Assembly (NCBI GenBank): GCA_029936815.1
Contig: JAPYRX010000002.1
Coordinates: forward strand, 109,669 to 173,668
Direction: 5' to 3'
From: Dehalococcoidia bacterium
Lineage (GTDB): Bacteria > Chloroflexota > Dehalococcoidia > Lucifugimonadales > GCA-002694895
Length of the DNA: 64,000 nucleotides
The notes beneath the pieces are model-generated. The model saw nothing but the letters and a program-made list of their open reading frames with translations, ran no database searches and was not told the origin of the DNA. Both the position numbers and the translations under genes were made by a program. Of this stretch, positions 57,442 to 64,000 are shown piece after piece (the first letter of the stretch is position 1; each line of letters begins with the position of its first letter).

Positions 57442-57963
57442 TTAAATCTCCTTCCTTTTATTAATTTTTTCTCTATTCATAGCAATTATTCCTGTTCTTA
57501 TAACTTCGATTATTCCAAAATTTTTCAACAAATCTTGCAAAGCTCTTATTTTTTGATCGTCACCTGTAGCTTCAATAATTATAGAATTTGCACTCACATC
57601 TACGATTTTAGATCTGTAAATTGATACAAGTTGTATGATTTCGTTTCTTGTATTTGGAGTTGAAGTTATTTTTATAAGAGCTAATTCTCTTGATACTATA
57701 TTATCATCTGAGACGTCATTAACTTTAATCACATCTATTAATTTATGTAATTGTTTAGTTAATTTTTCAACAATATCATCTCCACCTTCAACTATAACAG
57801 TTAATCTAGATAGATTATCTATTTCACTGTGACCGACTGCTAGACTTTGGATATTAAATGCTCTTCTTCTGAGCATACTTGTAATACGGTTTAAAACACC
57901 AGGTTTATCGTTTACCAACGCAGTTACAATTCTAGTTTCTAGTTGTGAGTTATTTTTAATCAT
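57442..57963 (-). CDS. ilvN: Acetolactate synthase small subunit
   Basis: ACT domain DKPGVLNRI...[16 protein letters not shown]. Confidence 0.93.
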   Translation of the reverse strand: MIKNNSQLETRIVTALVNDKPGVLNRITSMLRRRAFNIQSLAVGHSEIDNLSRLTVIVEGGDDIVEKLTKQLHKLIDVIKVNDVSDDNIVSRELALIKITSTPNTRNEIIQLVSIYRSKIVDVSANSIIIEATGDDQKIRALQDLLKNFGIIEVIRTGIIAMNREKINKRKEI

Positions 57964-59663
57964 TACTTTATTTCCTGTGATGTAGGTTCTTCCATCATAT
58001 CCTCTACCGTTGCTCCAGAAGGGATCATAGGGTACACATTTTCTTCGGATTCTACAATGAAGTCAATTAGTACGGGGCCATCATGATCAATTGCATCTTG
58101 AATTGCTGATTTAACTTGTTTTTTATCAGTTACTTTAATTCCTAATATCCCAAAAGCTTCTGCTAATTTAACAAAATCCGGGATTCCGTTGTATGAAGTT
58201 GAGACATAGGATTTTTCGTAAAATAATTCTTGCCACTGCCTAACCATGCCAAGGAATCCGTTATTTATGATTGCAAATTTTATTGGAAGTTTGTTTTCTG
58301 CTATTGTTGCTAACTCTGTCATAGTCATCATAAATCCTCCGTCGCCTGCAATAGACCATACCATTTCGTCAGGCCTACCTACTTGAGCTCCCAGCGCTCC
58401 TGGAACCTCAAAGCCCATCGCTCCAGCACCTCCTGATGTTATGAGTTTATTTTTTTCATTAAACGTATAATGCTGAGCAGCCCACATTTGATGTTGCCCA
58501 ACACCTGTTACAATTATTGCTTTACCTTCAGTTATTTCATGAAGTTCTTTTATAATATATTGAGGAATCAATTTTTGTGTGTCTCTAAGTTTTAAAGGGT
58601 GGTTGTTTTTGATTCTATCAATTTGAATCAACCATTCAGAGTGTTCTTTGTCTTTTACATTTGTAATTAATTCTTTTAAAGCTGTTTTTGCATCCGAAAC
58701 AATAGGTACGTCTACTTGTATGATTTTCCCAACTTCGGAAGGGTCTATGTCTATATGAATTTTTTTTGCTGATACGGCAAATTTTTCTGGATTCCCTGTA
58801 ATTCTGTCATCAAATCTCATTCCTACAGCAATTATTAAATCTGCTTGATCAAGTATAAGATTAGAATAGGCCATTCCGTGCATTCCTGGCCATCCATAAT
58901 ATAAGTAATGATTAGCCGGAAAAGAGCTTAATCCAAGTAAAGTATTTATTACAGGGATTTGACATTTTTCTGCTAGAGATAGAAGTTCTTGATATGCATT
59001 AGAGATTTTAATGCCATGCCCAGCTAGTATAACTGGTCTTTTAGCTTCTTTTATTAATATAGAAGCTTTCTTTATTTGTTTTTGGTTTACAGCAATATTG
59101 GGTTTATATCCTCGAATATCAATATTTTGAGGATACTCAAATATGCCGTCTTCTTGTAGAATATCTTTTGGGATATCAACTAATACAGGGCCAGGACGTC
59201 CGGTTGTCGCTATATGGAATGCTTCCTTAATAATGCTTCCTATATCTTTTGTTTCCATTACCAAATAGTTATGTTTAGTTATGGGTAAGGTGATTCCTGT
59301 AATATCAGTTTCTTGAAAGGCGTCGGTTCCAATCGCAGGCCTACCGACTTGCCCTGTGATAGCAACTAATGGCACGGAATCCATTTGTGCTGTAGCTATG
59401 CCTGTCACTAAGTTTGTTGTACCTGGACCGGAAGTTGCAAATGCTACGCCTGCTTTCCCGGTGGCTCGAGCATAAGCATCAGCTGCATGAGCAGCACCTT
59501 GTTCGTGTCTTACTAAAATATGATTTAATTGTGGATATTCGGGAAGAACTTGGTAAAGTGGAAGTATAGCACCTCCTGGTATACCAAAAATATGATCAAC
59601 ATTTTCTTTTATTAAGGACTCACAAACCATTTGTGAACCATTTTTTATAATTTCATTATTCAT
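57963..59663 (-). CDS. ilvB: Acetolactate synthase large subunit
   Basis: RHEQGA, TSGPG, GMHG, GDGGF...NN..LGMVRQWQ. Confidence 0.96.
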   Translation of the reverse strand: MNNEIIKNGSQMVCESLIKENVDHIFGIPGGAILPLYQVLPEYPQLNHILVRHEQGAAHAADAYARATGKAGVAFATSGPGTTNLVTGIATAQMDSVPLVAITGQVGRPAIGTDAFQETDITGITLPITKHNYLVMETKDIGSIIKEAFHIATTGRPGPVLVDIPKDILQEDGIFEYPQNIDIRGYKPNIAVNQKQIKKASILIKEAKRPVILAGHGIKISNAYQELLSLAEKCQIPVINTLLGLSSFPANHYLYYGWPGMHGMAYSNLILDQADLIIAVGMRFDDRITGNPEKFAVSAKKIHIDIDPSEVGKIIQVDVPIVSDAKTALKELITNVKDKEHSEWLIQIDRIKNNHPLKLRDTQKLIPQYIIKELHEITEGKAIIVTGVGQHQMWAAQHYTFNEKNKLITSGGAGAMGFEVPGALGAQVGRPDEMVWSIAGDGGFMMTMTELATIAENKLPIKFAIINNGFLGMVRQWQELFYEKSYVSTSYNGIPDFVKLAEAFGILGIKVTDKKQVKSAIQDAIDHDGPVLIDFIVESEENVYPMIPSGATVEDMMEEPTSQEIK

Positions 59664-59680
59664 TTATTTATTCTTTTTAT

Positions 59681-59709
59681 AAAATAAAAACCCGTCCCCA
59701 AGGGACGGG
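59681..59709 (-). terminator. T-box leader terminator
   Basis: Minus strand CCCGTCCC-ttg-GGGACGGG followed by TTTTTATTTT. Confidence 0.88.
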
Positions 59710-59908
59710 AAAATTACCCGTGGTACCACCCTAATTGCTACCAATTATAGTAAGCCACTTCATACTAGCTGTAACGGGCATACCCGTCTATCTCTAATAT
59801 TTTCAAGATAGCACTCCAAGGTGAGTTCTAAAGTTTTATGATATCGACTTTCACTAGACTCGACTCGCTAAAACATAAAGTCCTTCATACTATTCCTTAT
59901 CATCGCTT
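59681..59908 (-). promoter_or_regulatory. Leucine T-box riboswitch (transcriptional) of the ilv-leu operon
   Basis: Minus strand stem I start GCGATGATAAGGAATAGTA, specifier GAA-CTC-A (Leu CUC at 59823-59825), T-box AGGGTGGTACCACGG, terminator. Confidence 0.9.
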
Positions 59909-60032
59909 TGAATATTATATTTTCAGTGAGATAATATAATAAATAACCTGTAGAATTGTGTCAATTATATCTTAGGGTAAATATACAATAATTTATATCA
60001 ACTTTGCTTAAAAAACCCTTTAGAGGATGAAA

Positions 60033-61079
60033 ATGTACTTAATTGAGAAATATAAAAATTTTCTGCCAATCAATTCTGATACTCCGTTAATTAGTATGGG
60101 TGAAGGATTTACTCCTTTGGTTAAGTCTAGAAATATAGTTAAGGATATTGGGTGTAAGGAATTATATTTTAAATTAGAAGGATGCAACCCTTCAGGTTCT
60201 TTCAAAGACAGAGGAATGGTAATGGCTGTTTCTAAAGCTCTTGAAAAAAAGGCAAAAAAAATTATATGCGCTTCTACAGGAAATACGAGTGCTTCGGCTG
60301 CAGCTTTTGGAGCTTATTGTGATTTGGAAACCATAGTGTTGATACCCGAAGGGAAAATTTCTTTAGGTAAATTGTCTCAGACAGTTGCTTATGGAGCGAA
60401 AATAATATCGGTTAGAGGTAATTTTGATCAAGCATTAAATTTAGTAAAAGAAATTGCTGATAAACAAGATAGTATAGAATTAGTTAATTCTTTGAATCCA
60501 AATAGAATTCATGGTCAAAAAACAGGAGCATTTGAAATAGTTGATGAATTAGGGTATTCTCCTGATTACATGGTTCTCCCTGTTGGCAACGCTGGTAATA
60601 TTACAGCGTATTGGGAAGGATATAAGATTTATCATGATTTGAAAAACATTGAACTTCCTAAAATGACAGGATTTCAAGCTATGAATTCTGCGCCTATTGT
60701 AAATAACGCACCTGTGAAAAATCCTCAAACCATCGCTACTGCAATTAGGATTGGCAATCCTGCAAGTTGGAATCAAGCAAAAAATGCTTTAGAAGAATCA
60801 AATGGATCGATTAATGCAATAGAAGATGATAGAATCATCGAGGCTTATAAACATATTGCGTCGATGGAAGGTATTTTTGTTGAACCAGCGTCTAGTATAA
60901 CCATAGCTGGCCTTTATGATATGAAAAATAAAAATTATGACTTTTCAGGACAATCAGTAGTATGTGTTTTAACCGGATCAGGATTGAAAGACCCTGGATT
61001 TGCAGAGACTTACTTAGAATTAGAGCAACAAATAATTGATCCGGACATCAATGCTTTAGAAGAAATCTTACTAGTTTAG
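60033..61079 (+). CDS. thrC: Threonine synthase
   Basis: EGFTPL, NPSGSFKDRG, CASTGNTSAS, PVGNAGN, LTGSGLKDP. Confidence 0.93.
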   Translation: MYLIEKYKNFLPINSDTPLISMGEGFTPLVKSRNIVKDIGCKELYFKLEGCNPSGSFKDRGMVMAVSKALEKKAKKIICASTGNTSASAAAFGAYCDLETIVLIPEGKISLGKLSQTVAYGAKIISVRGNFDQALNLVKEIADKQDSIELVNSLNPNRIHGQKTGAFEIVDELGYSPDYMVLPVGNAGNITAYWEGYKIYHDLKNIELPKMTGFQAMNSAPIVNNAPVKNPQTIATAIRIGNPASWNQAKNALEESNGSINAIEDDRIIEAYKHIASMEGIFVEPASSITIAGLYDMKNKNYDFSGQSVVCVLTGSGLKDPGFAETYLELEQQIIDPDINALEEILLV

Positions 61080-61093
61080 AAAACTTACGTAAA

Positions 61094-62086
61094 ATGGAAA
61101 TAAAATATCTTGAACTCTCTTGGAATGAGGCGAAGGAAAAAATCAATGATTGGAACGATCTGTTGTCTCAGTCAGATTTTCCTAACCCGTTTGTGTCTAT
61201 AGCATTTTATGATGCATGGGTTAATACATTTGTAGATGACATTTCTAATATAAAAGTTATTTTTTTTTACTATGATAATAATCTTGTAGGAATAGCTCCT
61301 TTGATGGTTGATCTAGAACGCAAAACAATTGCAATATTAGGTGATAAGGATTTGTTTGATTATAGAGATATTATAGTCAACCCAATTTATTCCGAACATA
61401 TTTACGAATTGTTATTTAATAAAATTACCAAAGAAAATAATTACAACGATTTCGCATTTATTTTAGAATCAATCCCAGAACAATCTGGGTTGTTTAATTA
61501 TTCAGATAATGCAAATACTAATAATCAATTTGTTAAATTAGAAGAGGACGTTACCCCCATTATAAATTTGGTCAACGATTGGGAAGAATACCTGATGTCA
61601 CTAAGTAAAAAACAAAGACATGAAGTAAGAAGAAAAATCAGAAAATTTGAAGCTCAGAACTTTTCGTCAAATTTGATAACAGATAAAATCGAATTGAATG
61701 ATTTCAATTCTGAATTTTTTTCTTTGTTTGTTAAAAGCAGACAAGATAAGGAAGAATTCTTAACGGAACAAAGAAAAAAATTCTTTATTCAAATGTTAAA
61801 TAATTTTGCTGATATTGAGCAGTTAAGAATTTTATGTTTATACGATGATCAGAAACTTATTTCAGCTTGTATTGTTATTGATTATGATGAAACATATTTT
61901 TTGTATAATAATGCGTATTCATTAATGTATAACTCGTTTAGCGTAGGATTAGTAAGTAAAATTTTTGCTATTAAAGAAAGTATTGACCGTAATAAGAAAA
62001 CATTTAATTTTTTAAGAGGAAATGAAAAATACAAATATAGTTTAGGCGGTGAAGATATAAAATTATTTAATGTACGAGTTAATTAA
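61094..62086 (+). CDS. GNAT acetyltransferase, CelD/BcsL (Acetyltransf_6) type
   Basis: LVGIAPL, WEEYLMSLSKKQRHEVRRK, FNFLRGNEKYKY.LG. Confidence 0.8.
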   Translation: MEIKYLELSWNEAKEKINDWNDLLSQSDFPNPFVSIAFYDAWVNTFVDDISNIKVIFFYYDNNLVGIAPLMVDLERKTIAILGDKDLFDYRDIIVNPIYSEHIYELLFNKITKENNYNDFAFILESIPEQSGLFNYSDNANTNNQFVKLEEDVTPIINLVNDWEEYLMSLSKKQRHEVRRKIRKFEAQNFSSNLITDKIELNDFNSEFFSLFVKSRQDKEEFLTEQRKKFFIQMLNNFADIEQLRILCLYDDQKLISACIVIDYDETYFLYNNAYSLMYNSFSVGLVSKIFAIKESIDRNKKTFNFLRGNEKYKYSLGGEDIKLFNVRVN

Positions 62087-62088
62087 AT

Positions 62089-63297
62089 ATGAATATATTA
62101 ATAATTTCGTTTCACACATGTCCAGTAAACAAATTGGGCGAAAAAGATTCGGGCGGCCTCAATCTGTACGTAAATCAATTATCCCATGAACTTGGCATCA
62201 AGGAACACAACGTAGATATTTATACTAGAAAACATGATGCATACGATCCGATAGAAATTGCAATCAATAAAAATGCCAAATTGATTCATTTTGATGCAGG
62301 AGATCTTAATAAAAACAAATCAGAGATGACTGGTTTTATAGACGTGTTTACCAAGAATATTTTAGATTATATTAATTTAAAATCTATTTCTTATGATCTT
62401 ATTTTCTCCAATTATTGGATGTCAGGTATAATTGGAGAAAATATTAGTGAAATATTAGAAATTCCTCATGTTATAAATTTTCATACCATGGGTAAAACAA
62501 AAACAACTGTTAATTACTTAGAGAATGAAAGTGATTACAGAATTGAAAATGAAATTGAATTAATTAAAAACAGTGATGCAATCATAGTACCTTCATTTCA
62601 GGAAAAAGAAAATTTATTAGATAATTATCAACATAATAATAATATATATACAGTTTCACCAGGAGTTGATTTAGATCAATTCAAACAACTTGACAGAGAA
62701 AAATCGAGAAACATCCTAGATATTGATCATAATAGCTTGGTGTTATTATCTGTAGGCAGATTGGAGCCATTAAAAGGATATGACATACTAATAGATACAC
62801 TTACTTATATTAATTATGATGATATAGATTTCAAATTCTTTATCATTGGCGGAGATGGTAAATCTGAAGATGAATTGCAAAGATTGAAAAAAATTGCAAA
62901 AGATAAAAATGTTATCGATAAAATACATTTTATAGGAGCTATTGATCACGACTTACTTCCAATTTATTTCTCAGCAGCAGATGTTTTTACTATGCCATCT
63001 GCGTATGAAACATTTGGAATAGCGGCTTTAGAGGCAAGCGCATGTGGCCTTCCTATAATTGCACCACAAGTTGGTGGTTTGAAATCAATAGTTAAGCACG
63101 GGAAGACCGGATATTTAACTGTTAATAGATGCCCGGAATCTCTTATGCATTATTTGGAGATTTTACTTAAAAACAAACCTATAAGAGATGCTTTCGGATA
63201 TAATTCCAGGCTACATGCTATGAATTTCAGTTGGGAAAAATCAACTGATGATTTGGTAAAAGTTTTTGAGGAAGTACTATTAACAACTTTGGATTAA
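62089..63297 (+). CDS. GT4 glycosyltransferase, MshA-like
   Basis: ISFHTCP...DSGGLNLYV, YWMSG, FHTMG, VGRLEPLKG, ETFGIAALEA. Confidence 0.8.
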   Translation: MNILIISFHTCPVNKLGEKDSGGLNLYVNQLSHELGIKEHNVDIYTRKHDAYDPIEIAINKNAKLIHFDAGDLNKNKSEMTGFIDVFTKNILDYINLKSISYDLIFSNYWMSGIIGENISEILEIPHVINFHTMGKTKTTVNYLENESDYRIENEIELIKNSDAIIVPSFQEKENLLDNYQHNNNIYTVSPGVDLDQFKQLDREKSRNILDIDHNSLVLLSVGRLEPLKGYDILIDTLTYINYDDIDFKFFIIGGDGKSEDELQRLKKIAKDKNVIDKIHFIGAIDHDLLPIYFSAADVFTMPSAYETFGIAALEASACGLPIIAPQVGGLKSIVKHGKTGYLTVNRCPESLMHYLEILLKNKPIRDAFGYNSRLHAMNFSWEKSTDDLVKVFEEVLLTTLD

Positions 63298-64000
63298 AAA
63301 TTCATACCAATATTTTGTATCAGAATCTTTAAAACCATATTTCTCATATACTTTTCTCGCACCTGAATTGTCATTATCTACTTCTAGTATTAGATGTGTA
63401 TATTTTGTTTCTTTCAAAAAAAGAATGCCATGTCTTAATAATGAAGATGCTACCCCTTTACCAGTGAAATCCGGATGAGTTCCAATCATTGATACATGAG
63501 CAAGTTTACTGTCTTTATTATCTTTTTCTAGCCATATATAGCCAATTGGTATTTTTTTCATGGCGAACAATATACCATTTTTAATATTGTTAGAAGATTG
63601 AATCTTATTTGTTATATCAGTAATACTATTCGGAGAAAAACCCCAACTATCTTTAAATGCAGCATTTTGGATGATATGTAAATTTTCAATTAATTCTTTT
63701 TCGTTTTTAATATTTATTATTGAATCAAAAAAATTATCATTTGGATTTTCAATGCTATCAATTTCTGTATTTAAAGATGAGATCATAGTTTTATATGTTT
63801 TGACAGGAAGCATGGTATCATGCGGAGGTGTTTGAGATTGAGTTTTATTTAATTGTATGTGTATTTGTTTATATATAATTTTTTCATTATCTTCTTTTCG
63901 AATTATTGATTTTAATTTTTTGTATACATAATTAAAATCAATTTTAGAATTGTTTTTATCACTTTCATTTGGAATAACAACAATTCTTTTGATTTTAGGT
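63280..64000 (-). CDS. GNAT acetyltransferase, MshD-like; 5' end beyond window
   Basis: Frame open from 63999 (PKIKRIVV...) to the stop; QNAAF..SWGF, MIGTHPDFTGKG, LEVDNDNSGA..VY...GF. Confidence 0.65.
   Translation of the reverse strand, partial: PKIKRIVVIPNESDKNNSKIDFNYVYKKLKSIIRKEDNEKIIYKQIHIQLNKTQSQTPPHDTMLPVKTYKTMISSLNTEIDSIENPNDNFFDSIINIKNEKELIENLHIIQNAAFKDSWGFSPNSITDITNKIQSSNNIKNGILFAMKKIPIGYIWLEKDNKDSKLAHVSMIGTHPDFTGKGVASSLLRHGILFLKETKYTHLILEVDNDNSGARKVYEKYGFKDSDTKYWYEFLIQSC

Noticed and set aside
2029-60776. Numerous 60-140 aa ORFs antisense to well-supported genes
   Set aside because: Shadow frames of real CDSs with no motifs or independent expression signals

Overview
AT-rich bacterial chromosome segment. 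Gene content and order (rnpA-yidD-PQQ-repeat lipoprotein-yidC-jag, stand-alone nuoEFG-like module, T-box-controlled ilv-leu operon, sortase, MshA/MshD-like genes) suggest a streamlined Chloroflexota genome, probably Dehalococcoidia/SAR202-like; this is inference, not a database result. Most of the window is housekeeping: serS, mutS, rnpB, tRNA-Trp, nadC, a FAS-II cluster, nusB, ftsK, fused accDA, ilvBNC-leuACD and thrC. Several signals are missed by the ORF track. (1) A thioredoxin-fold lipoprotein is split by an in-frame TGA in a U-x-x-C motif, a probable selenoprotein (28719-29297), and has a candidate small non-coding transcript on each side. (2) A Nur-type regulator, a perfect operator palindrome and a nickel permease sit together (33156-34432). 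(3) A ~5 kb accessory island on the 5' side of tRNA-Trp (about 34.5-39.5 kb) has no integrase but contains two ~170-bp strand-skewed direct repeats, a structured GC-rich element and a tandem 12-bp repeat. Its cargo includes a McrB-N methylcytosine reader fused to a NucS-type nuclease, a pacifastin-like microprotein, a metallopeptidase lipoprotein and a thermonuclease.
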